Assembly (NCBI GenBank): GCA_963664815.2
Contig: CAXXHB010000003.1
Location: 3,808,001-3,872,000, forward strand
From: Spirochaetota bacterium
Lineage (GTDB): Bacteria; Spirochaetota; UBA4802; UBA5550
Length of the DNA: 64,000 bases
Direction of reading: 5' to 3'
Within the stretch, counting starts at the first letter, position 1. Every line of letters starts with the position of its first letter. A program made the translations under genes and the position numbers. Positions 10,671 to 20,925 of the stretch are shown piece by piece. A model generated the notes under the pieces. The model ran no database searches. It was not told the origin of the DNA and worked only from the letters and a program-made list of their open reading frames with translations.

Positions 10671-12537
10671 TAGAAATATTTTTATCACTGATCCGGAAAT
10701 CCCGGATATCATTTTTGATTCTATCTCACAAATGCTGACAATCCTTGATGAAAATAATTTTATCATATGGCATAATAAAAAAACCTCAAATTTTTTCGGT
10801 AAACGCATTGTAGGTGATTCTTTTAAAAAGCTGTTTTCCATAAATCCGGAAGAGCTTAGCAACTCTAAACTAAAAGCTCTGTCAATAGTACCAAATAAGA
10901 AAAGTTCTAACCGGATACTTGAACACTATATAATAAGTCACTCAAAAAAAAATAATACCTCTATTAAAATTGTAATAACTGACGACATTACAGAAAAGAT
11001 AGGAAACGACAAATTACTCGGCTTTCTTCTTGAATTTGAGAGCCTTCTTACAAGGCTCGCACTTGAATCGATCAATATTCCGGCAGAAGAAATAGATTCA
11101 CATCTAAAAAAATTACTGCTTCTTACAGGGAAATTTGCCAATGTCGAGAGGTGTTTCATCGTCCTCTTCAATGCAAAAGGTGACAAATTATACGTTACCC
11201 ACGATTGGTGCGCCCCTGGTTTTTCTCCCACAATAAAAACCATAATAAAAAGCAATGTGCCTCGAAGCTGGATAAAAAAGCAGAAAAACAATGTTATATT
11301 GATACATGATGTTAAAAAGTTTAAATACAATGACGAGGCAGGGTATGAGTCTATATTCAGTCACGGTGTTAAGTCATCAATGCTTATTCCTTTATTTAAT
11401 AAAGATAAATGCTTTGGATACATTGGATTCAGTTCTACAAGAAAAATTGATGTGTTTTCACCCGAACTCAAGTCTATATTTAGAATAACAGCTGAACTAG
11501 CTGTTAATCTCTACGAAAGAAAGTCGGCATACACCCAGATAGCCATAGCTCAGAAAATTATATCAAAATCATCGGGAATGCTGGCATTTTTCGAAAAAAA
11601 CGGTTTTATCAAAATGACAAATGAATCTTTCAGAAAATTTTATTCATTGACTGAAAATGAAACCAAAGATCTCCAGATAACATCTCTGTTTAAGAACCGA
11701 CTTGGAACAAGAGAAAAAAAATTCCTTGACTATATCAATCGTGCAATTGCCGGGGAAGAGATCAATACTGAAATCTGGTATAAAAAAAATGAAAAGCTCA
11801 GGCTGCTTGAAATATCACTTCATCCAAATATCGATAATGACGGGAACGTCGGAAGTGTGATTATGAATTCCAATGACATAACAGAGCGGGTACAACTTGA
11901 GGCCAGAATTCTAGAAGTAATTCATAAGGAAAGGAAAAAAATCGGAATAAGCCTTCATGATGATCTTGGTCATGATCTACTGGCTGTGGCAATAAAATCA
12001 AGACTTATAGCCGATAAACTCAAATCGGTTTCAAGTGAAACATCTTTTGAAGTGAATGAAATTGAAAATGCCATAAAAAACGCCATGAATGAAGTAAGAC
12101 GACTTTCACACGGACTTATCCCATATAAAAACCACGGACTTGAATTTCATGAAATGATTGATGCCGTAGCGCTTACAATTGAAAGAGACTATAAATTACA
12201 CTGTGAATTTCACATTGACGAATCGATCAATATAAGTGATGAATCCATTATTAAAGAAATCTATTATATTATTGATGAAGCTGTTATGAACTCTATAAAA
12301 CATTCAGGGTGCACAGGAATAAAAATCATTATGAGCCCAAAGAATAAAATGATTACACTGAGTATAATTGATAATGGCAGGGGTATTCCCGGAAATTATA
12401 ATGCGGATTCCGGGGTAGGGATAGAAATAATGAAATACAGGGCTCGCGCCATCGGGGGTTTTCTCGAAGTCAAAAACCATCCGGGTGGAGGAGTAATAAT
12501 TGAATGTATTTTTAATCCTGAGAAAATAACAGTCTAA
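10660..12537 (+). CDS. Soluble sensor histidine kinase (GAF, PAS, HisKA_3, HATPase)
   Basis: ERKKIGISLHDDLGH H-box, EAVMNSIKH, DNGRG, GVGIEIM. Confidence 0.9.
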   Translation: MKSDRNIFITDPEIPDIIFDSISQMLTILDENNFIIWHNKKTSNFFGKRIVGDSFKKLFSINPEELSNSKLKALSIVPNKKSSNRILEHYIISHSKKNNTSIKIVITDDITEKIGNDKLLGFLLEFESLLTRLALESINIPAEEIDSHLKKLLLLTGKFANVERCFIVLFNAKGDKLYVTHDWCAPGFSPTIKTIIKSNVPRSWIKKQKNNVILIHDVKKFKYNDEAGYESIFSHGVKSSMLIPLFNKDKCFGYIGFSSTRKIDVFSPELKSIFRITAELAVNLYERKSAYTQIAIAQKIISKSSGMLAFFEKNGFIKMTNESFRKFYSLTENETKDLQITSLFKNRLGTREKKFLDYINRAIAGEEINTEIWYKKNEKLRLLEISLHPNIDNDGNVGSVIMNSNDITERVQLEARILEVIHKERKKIGISLHDDLGHDLLAVAIKSRLIADKLKSVSSETSFEVNEIENAIKNAMNEVRRLSHGLIPYKNHGLEFHEMIDAVALTIERDYKLHCEFHIDESINISDESIIKEIYYIIDEAVMNSIKHSGCTGIKIIMSPKNKMITLSIIDNGRGIPGNYNADSGVGIEIMKYRARAIGGFLEVKNHPGGGVIIECIFNPEKITV

Positions 12538-12547
12538 GAGGAAAAAA

Positions 12548-13216
12548 ATGGATAACCAACTGAAACAGACTGCAAGTATAATGATCGTTGACGATCATCC
12601 CATTGTCGCAAATGGCATACAGCAACTTATAGACAGAGAACCCGATATGAAGGTCATACAATCAGTTCAGGATGCCGAAAGCACAATCAAGTTCATTGAA
12701 AAAACACAACCTGACCTTGTAATAGTAGATATTTCTCTGAAAGGGTCGACTAATGGAATTGATCTTATCAAGGGATTAAAAAAAAGATATCCTAAAATAA
12801 AAGCTCTAGTCTTATCAATGCACGAAGAAAACTTATACGCCGAACGTGCAATCAAAGCCGGTGCAAAAGGCTATATCATGAAAAATGATCTGACAGATAA
12901 TATTGTCAAGGCCATCCGTAGCATTCTTGACGGAAATCTTTATCTGAGTGAAACAATCACATCAAAACTCTTAAACCATATGGTTAATGAAGAAGAGGAA
13001 AAAGATGATGATACAGAATTAAAAAAACTAAGTGACAGAGAGTTTGAGGTTTTCCAGTTAATTTCAAAAGGAATTAAAACAAGCGATATAGCCAAGGAAA
13101 TAAATATAAGTGTAAAAACCGTCGAAGCACATAAACTCAGGATACGAAATAAGCTTAATTTAAAAAACAGCAGTGAGTTAAATAAATATGCCATCGAATG
13201 GAATCATAAAAACTGA
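12548..13216 (+). CDS. NarL/LuxR-family response regulator
   Basis: IVDDHPIV, VDISL, LSDREFEVF...SVKTVEAH HTH. Confidence 0.93.
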   Translation: MDNQLKQTASIMIVDDHPIVANGIQQLIDREPDMKVIQSVQDAESTIKFIEKTQPDLVIVDISLKGSTNGIDLIKGLKKRYPKIKALVLSMHEENLYAERAIKAGAKGYIMKNDLTDNIVKAIRSILDGNLYLSETITSKLLNHMVNEEEEKDDDTELKKLSDREFEVFQLISKGIKTSDIAKEINISVKTVEAHKLRIRNKLNLKNSSELNKYAIEWNHKN

Positions 13217-13393
13217 TACTCATTTATAAATATTTGCAGTTTAACAAAATCATTCAGTTTTTATGTGATTAATGAGCTGCAATTCACTAATAAAATTCTC
13301 CAAAACGCCCAAAATTACAAAGCAAAATTCTTCTCTCTATTAAACCAATATTTTAAAAAAAATTTATTTTTTTAAAAAAAAATTCAACTTTGC

Positions 13394-13422
13394 TTGACGA
13401 AAAAAAGAGACATTATTACATT
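13394..13422 (+). promoter_or_regulatory. Sigma70 promoter of the hsp20 operon
   Basis: TTGACG-N17-TACATT directly upstream of CIRCE. Confidence 0.7.
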
Positions 13423-13429
13423 ATTATTG

Positions 13430-13456
13430 TTAGCACTCATTAATATTGAGTGCTAA
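13430..13456 (+). promoter_or_regulatory. CIRCE element (HrcA operator)
   Basis: Exact consensus TTAGCACTC-N9-GAGTGCTAA upstream of three Hsp20 genes. Confidence 0.97.
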
Positions 13457-13487
13457 CAATAATAATGTAAATTAAAGGAGGGAGTTT

Positions 13488-13943
13488 ATGAAATTTGGAA
13501 TTACCAGAAAAAATAACGATTCAACGCCTGAATTGAAATCATTCCGTAATGATGTAAACAGGCTCTTCGATGATTTTTTCAATATTCGTACAGCGGGGCT
13601 GTTCGATTCAGAATGGCTCCCGGCAATAGATGTTTATGATGATGAGAAGAACTTTTATATTAAAGCAGATGTAGCGGGGATTGAAGAAAAAAATCTCGAC
13701 GTTACTATTAATGGAAACGTTCTTACTTTATCGGGAAAAAAAGTTGAAGAAAAGAAAGAGTATGAAGGAAAAAACTTCATCTTTTCTGAAAGACGTGCAG
13801 GTTCTTTTTCAAGATCTGTTACACTTCCTGCTGGATTCAGGCAGAAAGATATTAAAGGTGAACTTAAAAATGGAGTTCTAACTATAACAATTGAAAAACT
13901 AAAACCTGTAAAAAGCGAAAAAATAAAAATTGATATTCACTAA
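13488..13943 (+). CDS. Hsp20/alpha-crystallin small heat-shock protein
   Basis: WLPAIDVY, ERRAGSFSRSVTLP, NGVLTI, C-terminal IxI. Confidence 0.93.
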   Translation: MKFGITRKNNDSTPELKSFRNDVNRLFDDFFNIRTAGLFDSEWLPAIDVYDDEKNFYIKADVAGIEEKNLDVTINGNVLTLSGKKVEEKKEYEGKNFIFSERRAGSFSRSVTLPAGFRQKDIKGELKNGVLTITIEKLKPVKSEKIKIDIH

Positions 13944-13954
13944 AGGAGGATGCC

Positions 13955-14362
13955 ATGTACAGCTACAATATTTTCAATGATATGATAAAATTAAGGACTC
14001 TTTTTGATGATTTTTTTGATCAAAAATCTGAATATGAATCATCAAAAGAGTTTCCCCCTGTTCAGTTTAAAGAGGGTAATGATACAATTAAAATTTATGC
14101 GCTTGTTCCGGGAATTTCTGCTGCAAACATCGATATTCAACTTGTTGATGACAGCATAATAATATCCGGAGAAAAAAGAGAAGATTATGAAAATCAGCGC
14201 TATATAAGAAAAGAGAGACCTTTTGGCGAATTTAAAAAAGCCATAAAGCTTCCTTACAGAGTTAGAAATGAAGATATCAAGGCTGATTTAGTTAACGGTA
14301 TACTGACAATTACTCTTACTAAATCAGAAGATGCAAAGCCAAAAAAAATTGAGATTAATTAA
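13955..14362 (+). CDS. Hsp20 family protein
   Basis: ERPFGEFKKAIKLP, NGILTI, KPKKIEI. Confidence 0.92.
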   Translation: MYSYNIFNDMIKLRTLFDDFFDQKSEYESSKEFPPVQFKEGNDTIKIYALVPGISAANIDIQLVDDSIIISGEKREDYENQRYIRKERPFGEFKKAIKLPYRVRNEDIKADLVNGILTITLTKSEDAKPKKIEIN

Positions 14363-14373
14363 GGAGGCCTATC

Positions 14374-14748
14374 ATGATGGTTGAAATTAGCAACAGAAAC
14401 AATACTGAAAGCAAAAAGGCATTTCATATACCTCTGGCAGATATTTATGAAAATGACGATATTTATTCATTAAAACTCGAAATGCCAGGTATTGGGAAAG
14501 AGAACTTGAATATAGTTATTGATAATGATGAATTAAAAATAACAGCAGAAACGTCAATAGAAGAAAATGATAAAGATTTAAAATATGCGGAATTCTATGC
14601 AAAAAACTATAGCAGAATTTTCAGAGTCGGAAATGATATCAACAGGGATAAAATCGAAGCCAGACTCGAAAATGGAATACTTACACTGATTCTGCATAAG
14701 AGTGAGGAAGTAAAACCAAAAAAAATTACTGTTAACCAGATAAATTAA
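14374..14748 (+). CDS. Hsp20 family protein
   Basis: PLADIYE, EMPGI, NGILTL, KPKKITV. Confidence 0.92.
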   Translation: MMVEISNRNNTESKKAFHIPLADIYENDDIYSLKLEMPGIGKENLNIVIDNDELKITAETSIEENDKDLKYAEFYAKNYSRIFRVGNDINRDKIEARLENGILTLILHKSEEVKPKKITVNQIN

Positions 14749-14783
14749 CTGATTATATTATCAGTTGAAAGATAAAAATGGGT

Positions 14784-14819
14784 AAAAGGGGCAAAATGGG
14801 GGTTTTGCCCCTTTTTTTT
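14784..14819. terminator. Bidirectional intrinsic terminator
   Basis: aaaaggggcaaaa-tggggg-ttttgcccctttttttt between convergent genes. Confidence 0.85.
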
Positions 14820-15300
14820 ATTTTATTTTCTTTAAATGTCCAATTATTTTAGGAGGAACTTTAATCTTGAAAATCGAATCAAGCACAAGCCCACCATACA
14901 GTACAGATAAATAATACAGCTTAATTTCTTTCTTTTTCCCTATGGCAATAAGCAGTTCCTTATACTCTTTTTTTGATATATCAAAAACAAAGCTTATTGG
15001 AACAATAGAATCACGTACCTTGTATAATAGCATTATCCTTACAATATTTTTATCTATATTGATATCCCAGTCAGGCGTCTGCTCTTTTAACTCAAGAATG
15101 AAATCATCATGATCTATGTAAAACAGTTTAATTCTGCTTTTATATCTTAAAAAAAGGGAAACTCCGGGATTAGGTGAATTCTCATAAAAAAAATCGAAAA
15201 CCCCCTCTCTGGGTAAAAGTTCATTTAATTTTACCTGTCTTAAAGCCTTAAAAACATCAATTATCTCGAAATTCGGGGTATACATTTCACCTGAACTCAT
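14818..15300 (-). CDS. Hypothetical protein
   Basis: 160-aa ORF with RBS ggagg. Confidence 0.7.
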   Translation of the reverse strand: MSSGEMYTPNFEIIDVFKALRQVKLNELLPREGVFDFFYENSPNPGVSLFLRYKSRIKLFYIDHDDFILELKEQTPDWDINIDKNIVRIMLLYKVRDSIVPISFVFDISKKEYKELLIAIGKKKEIKLYYLSVLYGGLVLDSIFKIKVPPKIIGHLKKIK

Positions 15301-15370
15301 AAAACCTCCTGCTTGATATTGTTATTAATAGATTTCATCAGGCATTTTTGTCAAGTTTAAGAAACCTGTT

Positions 15371-17917
15371 TTACTCACGTAAAGTATTTTTAGTTTTATT
15401 TAAAATACCCTCTGAGATAATCCTGCTGAGTTCCGGTATGGTTACCGGTTTCTGTACAATACCTGCAACTTCATATTCCTGCATATCTTCTGCCTTCAGT
15501 CTTTCAATATTACCAGTTGCAAGATAGATAATAACCGAAGGATCAATTTTTTTAAATTCTTTCAGAGCCTCAATCCCACCCATCACCGGCATAACTACAT
15601 CCATTAAAACCACATCTACTTTTTTAAACTCTTCCCGAAAAATGTCCAGGGCGGATTTCCCATTATCAGCAGTTACAACCTCATACCCGAGATCGCAGAG
15701 GATCCTTTCAGTCAAATTTCTTAGAATAAATTCATCATCAACAACAAGAATTCTTCCTTGACCTCTGACAATACTTTCATCTTTTTCGGTATCCCACACA
15801 ACATTTTCTATAACCGGGAAATAAATATCAAAAACAGACCCACTACCTTTAACGCTATAGACTTCAATGGCGCCACCAAGATCTTTAACATTCCCGTATA
15901 CAACAGATAAGCCCAGACCGACACCATCCTGTGAGGTTTTTGTTGTAAAAAACGGTTCAAATATTTTTGATTTCAGTTCATCATCAAAACCGCAACCAGT
16001 GTCCTTAACACTTATTTTAATATATAATCCCGGTTTTAGCTCAAATCCTGATTTAAGACAATTATCTTCATCCATGATCATGTTTACTGATTGAATAATT
16101 ATTTCTCCGCCAGCCGGCATCGCTTCTTTTGCATTTACTACAAGATTCTGAATTATACTCTGTATCTGCGATGGATCACCTGAAATTATTGATTTTTCTG
16201 CGTTCAGGAATTTCAAAATTTTTATATCAGGTCTATCCCCATGCTGCAGAATATCCACAGCAATAGAAATTGAACTGTGAACATCAACGCTTTCAGATAC
16301 ATGAACACCTTTTCGTGGGAAAAAAAGCAATTTCTGTGTAAGATCTGAGGCTTTTAATGCAGTATCTTTAATGAAAGAGATAAATTTCATCGTTTTCTCA
16401 TCATTACCAAGCTTCATTTCCAGGACTTCTGATGCGTTGAGTATACCGGCGAGCATATTGTTAAAATCATGAACAAACCCCCCTGTAAGCTTCCCTATGA
16501 TGTCCATTTTCTGAGATTGCCTCAGCTGCTCTTCTATCCTGATTTTTTCTGATATATCCCTGAATACTATTACTGCACCTACTTTTTTACCTGAGACATC
16601 CATAATCGAAGCGGCTGTCAGTGAAATTTTTCTTTTAATTCCTTTTCTATCAGAGAGAATTGCCGATTCTGAGATCTCCATTATTTCACCGGGATGTATT
16701 ATCTGTGTATACAGATTCTCTTTTTTTATTTCATTCACAGGATCAAGAACAGTAAATACTTTTTCAAGAGAAAGCCCCCGAGCATCTTTCACTTTCCAGC
16801 CGGTAATAGTCTCTGCCGCTGGATTCATTCTCTTAATATTTCCTTTTTCATCGGTAGAAATAATTGCATCACCAATTGAATTGAGTGTAATACGCAAATT
16901 CTCTTCATTCTCACGAATAGCTGATTCCACCCTGACCTTGTTTTTAATTTCATTAACATATATCCACACCCTGAATAAGAAATAATAGAAAAGAATACTG
17001 ATAATAATCAGAAGTGACAGTATCATCAATGATTTATTTTTAAAACCCTTGACTGATGACAGAATATACTCCTCCGGAGTGGCGACAACTATTGACCAAT
17101 GTGTATTGACTATATTTATCGGGGCAAATGCAGCATGTTTAAGAAGATTTTCCAGATGATCATTTTTATTTACGTTATATCTGTAAACGGCTGTACCTTT
17201 TTCTCCGGAGATCATTCTTTCAGCCATATCCATTACATCCGGGAAAATACCTGATGTTTCATAAACAGGCTGACCTTTATGCCCCGGAACAGGGCAGTAC
17301 AATTCAACCCCATCAGCGCTTAAAATCCATGCATATCCTGCGTCACCTATGCGGATATTTTCTATATACTTTTTTGAAATATAATCAAAATTAATAAGTA
17401 CCCCCAAACTCCCTTTATAATCACCTTTATAAAATACCGGATAGTGATAAGATATAGTCCTGTACCCCTGTACAGCCGTGAAGAAATCACTTATCGATGG
17501 CTGATGAGTCTTAATAATATTTTTTATCTGCTTCTGATCTGAAATATCCTTTCCAATCAGTGAACTGTTTTCCGGGTCAAGCCAGAGTATACGCCCCTTC
17601 TCATCCACTCTGGTGACTGAATAAAGTAAACTTCTGTCTTTCTTCATAAGTGCAGATGCTAATCTCTTCCCGTTATTGTTCATCAATGCGATATCTTCAA
17701 ACTTTGAAACAGAATCGAGATCATTTTCCAGGTTGTTGAAAAAACCTTCAATTCCCGAAACAGCCTGCTCGGCAAGAAGCATCTGCTGTTTATTGAATTC
17801 AATTATTGCCAGGTTTTTAACATCAATGTAGGAAAGATAGAAGAGTAATCCGGTTGCAGCAACTATAATGGTAAGCAGCATTATCCATCTGGCATGAACA
17901 GAATTTAATATTTTCAT
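15371..17917 (-). CDS. Hybrid sensor kinase (dCache, PAS, HisKA, HATPase, REC)
   Basis: Two TMs flanking a Cache domain; GGFVHDFNN H-box; EPFFTTK, GVGLGL; LVVDDE...LMDVVMP; start inferred at MKILN. Confidence 0.9.
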   Translation of the reverse strand: MKILNSVHARWIMLLTIIVAATGLLFYLSYIDVKNLAIIEFNKQQMLLAEQAVSGIEGFFNNLENDLDSVSKFEDIALMNNNGKRLASALMKKDRSLLYSVTRVDEKGRILWLDPENSSLIGKDISDQKQIKNIIKTHQPSISDFFTAVQGYRTISYHYPVFYKGDYKGSLGVLINFDYISKKYIENIRIGDAGYAWILSADGVELYCPVPGHKGQPVYETSGIFPDVMDMAERMISGEKGTAVYRYNVNKNDHLENLLKHAAFAPINIVNTHWSIVVATPEEYILSSVKGFKNKSLMILSLLIIISILFYYFLFRVWIYVNEIKNKVRVESAIRENEENLRITLNSIGDAIISTDEKGNIKRMNPAAETITGWKVKDARGLSLEKVFTVLDPVNEIKKENLYTQIIHPGEIMEISESAILSDRKGIKRKISLTAASIMDVSGKKVGAVIVFRDISEKIRIEEQLRQSQKMDIIGKLTGGFVHDFNNMLAGILNASEVLEMKLGNDEKTMKFISFIKDTALKASDLTQKLLFFPRKGVHVSESVDVHSSISIAVDILQHGDRPDIKILKFLNAEKSIISGDPSQIQSIIQNLVVNAKEAMPAGGEIIIQSVNMIMDEDNCLKSGFELKPGLYIKISVKDTGCGFDDELKSKIFEPFFTTKTSQDGVGLGLSVVYGNVKDLGGAIEVYSVKGSGSVFDIYFPVIENVVWDTEKDESIVRGQGRILVVDDEFILRNLTERILCDLGYEVVTADNGKSALDIFREEFKKVDVVLMDVVMPVMGGIEALKEFKKIDPSVIIYLATGNIERLKAEDMQEYEVAGIVQKPVTIPELSRIISEGILNKTKNTLRE

Positions 17918-18093
17918 AAATGTTTTCCGGAGAATCCTTATAATAATTAAACACAATTAATTTAAAATCGCCATAAAAAACAGCAGCAGTTTATTCAATA
18001 TTTAACTGATAAAAATGCTCTGTTATTTCCTCTGCCAGACGTTGTATTAATATGTATATTTTTAACGATTGAATTGTATTTCTAAAATAACAA

Positions 18094-18134
18094 CTAAAAG
18101 ATATCCCCCGCTGATGGCAGGGGATATCTTTTAG
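18094..18134 (-). terminator. Intrinsic terminator downstream of rseP
   Basis: ctaaaagatatcccc...ggggatatcttttag hairpin. Confidence 0.75.
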
Positions 18135-18195
18135 GATTATAACATAAGAATATGACCTTTAACATTCTGCAATATGCAGATCGCCGTTTTTTCCG

Positions 18196-19758
18196 TTATT
18201 TAAATAAATTCTGAACAAACGGCAGCATTGTTATATCGTTTATTATAACAAAAACACCAAGAATTATAAGAAATACTACACCAAAAGTCTGAATCTTAAT
18301 CATGATTTTTTCACTTATCGGTTTACCTCTTAAAGTCTCAATTATATAAAACAGTAGATGACTCCCGTCTACTGCAGGGATTGGCAGCAGGTTCATAAAC
18401 ATGAGAATCACTGAAATTTTCGCCATTAGAAGTATAAAATCCGCTATCCCCCTGTAGTAAAGAACGTCTCCGGCAATCTTTGCTATTCTGATAGGCCCGG
18501 AAAGATTTTCTCTTACATCCATTTTGCCGCTGAAGAGCATTCCGAAACCTTTAATGTTCATCACCAGAAAATCCCATGGTTCAATCACAGACTGAATCAA
18601 TCCGTCAACCGGACCGTATTTCACATGAACCATCTCAAACATGATTCCCATCTGCTCTATACCTATCATATAACGTTTTTTAATCTCTACCTGACCATTA
18701 TACCTTGTCTTCCCTGCGTCTATAATTACATCGCGACCGTCAGCAGCAGCCTTTGTAATATCGTTAACAAATTCGGAATATTCCTGAATAGGTTTTCCAT
18801 AAACCCGGACAAATCCTCCGGCTACAAGCTGCTTAAACTCCTCATTCCCGGCAAAACTATCCTGGGTTTTCTTTTTGGCTGATGATGTCACAATGAACAC
18901 CTCAGTCATTGCAGGTTTTAATACAGCGGTTTTTTCCACCCCGTCGTTCAGGAACACAACGTTTATATCCTTCCCATTACCCTTCTGGATAGCATCGGAT
19001 AATTCGGATGGTGTATGTACAATTTCGTTGTTCACCTTGATAATAGTATCCTTTCCGGATAAGCCACCCTGTTCCGCACTGCTCCCCTTTATTACACGAG
19101 CCAGCGTAATTCCCGTTGTATAAGGCATCACCCCCAGGGTGTACCTTCCCTCGCCGGAATCGGACGCAGGAGTGACATTAAATGTCTTTACCTCTTCGCC
19201 GCGCTGTACTTTAATTTCAAGCTCTCGCCCGTCAGAGAAAAAGACCTCACTCTGGATATCGGAAAAGGCCTTTATCTCTTTTCCGCTGATTGATACAATT
19301 CTGTCTCCGGTTCTGATCCCTGACTTGAACGCAGGCGAGGTATAAGTCCCGGAAGTCATTTCTGCAGGTATCAATATTCTGTTTGTTTCTTTCGCATAAC
19401 CGGCAAGATTCATAATATAAAAAAGAATAATACCAAATAACAGGTTAAATATAGGTCCCATTGCCACAGTAACTATTCGTTTAAGCGGATGTGCTGAGAG
19501 AAATTCAAAACCCTGACCTGATCTCTCCTCTGATGGATCTTCCCCGTAAAACTGACAGTAACCTCCGAATGGTATTAACGTCACCTGGTAGGTTGTATCG
19601 CCATATTTTTTCTTCCAGAAACCTTTTCCGTATCCCATTGAAAAGATCTTTGCCTTTATTCCTACCATCTTTCCACCAAGTAAATGCCCCAGTTCATGAA
19701 CAAAAATACACAATCCCAGGAGGACGACCGCTCCGAATATATATGTCAATGTCATCAT
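18196..19758 (-). CDS. rseP: RIP metalloprotease RseP with PDZ domains
   Basis: HELGH, IPFGGY, GPIFN, NLLPIPAVDG; follows dxr. Confidence 0.93.
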   Translation of the reverse strand: MMTLTYIFGAVVLLGLCIFVHELGHLLGGKMVGIKAKIFSMGYGKGFWKKKYGDTTYQVTLIPFGGYCQFYGEDPSEERSGQGFEFLSAHPLKRIVTVAMGPIFNLLFGIILFYIMNLAGYAKETNRILIPAEMTSGTYTSPAFKSGIRTGDRIVSISGKEIKAFSDIQSEVFFSDGRELEIKVQRGEEVKTFNVTPASDSGEGRYTLGVMPYTTGITLARVIKGSSAEQGGLSGKDTIIKVNNEIVHTPSELSDAIQKGNGKDINVVFLNDGVEKTAVLKPAMTEVFIVTSSAKKKTQDSFAGNEEFKQLVAGGFVRVYGKPIQEYSEFVNDITKAAADGRDVIIDAGKTRYNGQVEIKKRYMIGIEQMGIMFEMVHVKYGPVDGLIQSVIEPWDFLVMNIKGFGMLFSGKMDVRENLSGPIRIAKIAGDVLYYRGIADFILLMAKISVILMFMNLLPIPAVDGSHLLFYIIETLRGKPISEKIMIKIQTFGVVFLIILGVFVIINDITMLPFVQNLFK

Positions 19759-20921
19759 AAATGTTTCTCCTTAATAAAACTTAATGCAATAGTTCTCGCT
19801 TCGGTATCAGATTCAAAAATATCCCCGATGTCAGGCATTCTGATTATATCAACAGAATCTATTGTTTTTTCCACAATTTTCACAATATCTGTAAACCTGA
19901 TTTTTTTATCCAGAAAAGCATAAACGGCCACCTCATTTGCCGCATTAAGCACAGCAGGCATATTACCCCCTGCCCGCCCTGCATGATAGCAGAGTTCAAG
20001 AGACGGGAACCTGCTGCTGTCATATTTTCTGAAATTAAGACTTCCAACTTCTGCCAGGTCAAGGTACCCGAAAGAATTTTTTATTTTTTCCGGATATGTG
20101 AGAGCATTGATTATCGGGAACACCATATCGGCTCTCCCCATATGGGCGTATATTGCCCCGTCAACCGTCTCCACCATTGAATGAATTACACTTTCCGGAT
20201 GAATTACCACCCCTATTCTGTCATAATTGAAATTAAACAGATAATGCGCTTCAATCACTTCAAGCCCCTTGTTCATAAGCGTTGCCGAATCTATAGTAAT
20301 TTTACTCCCCATGCTCCATGTAGGATGCTTCAATGCAATTTCGGGAGTAACATCTTTGAGACTCTCCCCCGGATAATCCCGAAGACTACCGCCAGATGCA
20401 GTTAAAATTACTCTTTTAACCTCGTCTCTGTTTAAATTCGAAAGCAGAGAAAAAACAGCGCTATGCTCACTATCCACAGGAATAAGTTCAACGCCCTTCT
20501 CCGCAGCAAGACTCATAAAAATATTTCCTGCCATAACCAGCGTCTCTTTATTGGCAAGAGCAAGCCTTTCACATCCATCAAGCGCAGCTATCGAAGGACG
20601 TAATCCCGCAGCTCCAACAATTGAAGAAATTACAATATCGGATTTTCTGGAGGCGAGTTCGATAATTCCCTCCTCTCCGAAAAGAAATTCCACCCCTTCA
20701 TTATCTTTTACAAGCTTTTTTACATAATCTTTTTCCGCAAGGGAACTGTCCCCAATCGCAACTACTGAAGGTTTAAATTCAGATATCTGTTCTGACAGAA
20801 TTTCCATATTCCTGTTACAAGCAAGGCCATAAATTCTGAATTTATCAGGGAGTGTTTTTATAACGCGGAGGGACGACAACCCTATTGAACCGGTTGAGCC
20901 CAGAATAGATATATACTGCAT
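19755..20921 (-). CDS. dxr: 1-deoxy-D-xylulose 5-phosphate reductoisomerase
   Basis: LGSTGSIG, LANKE, PVDSEH, HPTWSMGSKITIDSAT, NAANE. Confidence 0.97.
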   Translation of the reverse strand: MQYISILGSTGSIGLSSLRVIKTLPDKFRIYGLACNRNMEILSEQISEFKPSVVAIGDSSLAEKDYVKKLVKDNEGVEFLFGEEGIIELASRKSDIVISSIVGAAGLRPSIAALDGCERLALANKETLVMAGNIFMSLAAEKGVELIPVDSEHSAVFSLLSNLNRDEVKRVILTASGGSLRDYPGESLKDVTPEIALKHPTWSMGSKITIDSATLMNKGLEVIEAHYLFNFNYDRIGVVIHPESVIHSMVETVDGAIYAHMGRADMVFPIINALTYPEKIKNSFGYLDLAEVGSLNFRKYDSSRFPSLELCYHAGRAGGNMPAVLNAANEVAVYAFLDKKIRFTDIVKIVEKTIDSVDIIRMPDIGDIFESDTEARTIALSFIKEKHL

Positions 20922-20925
20922 TTTA

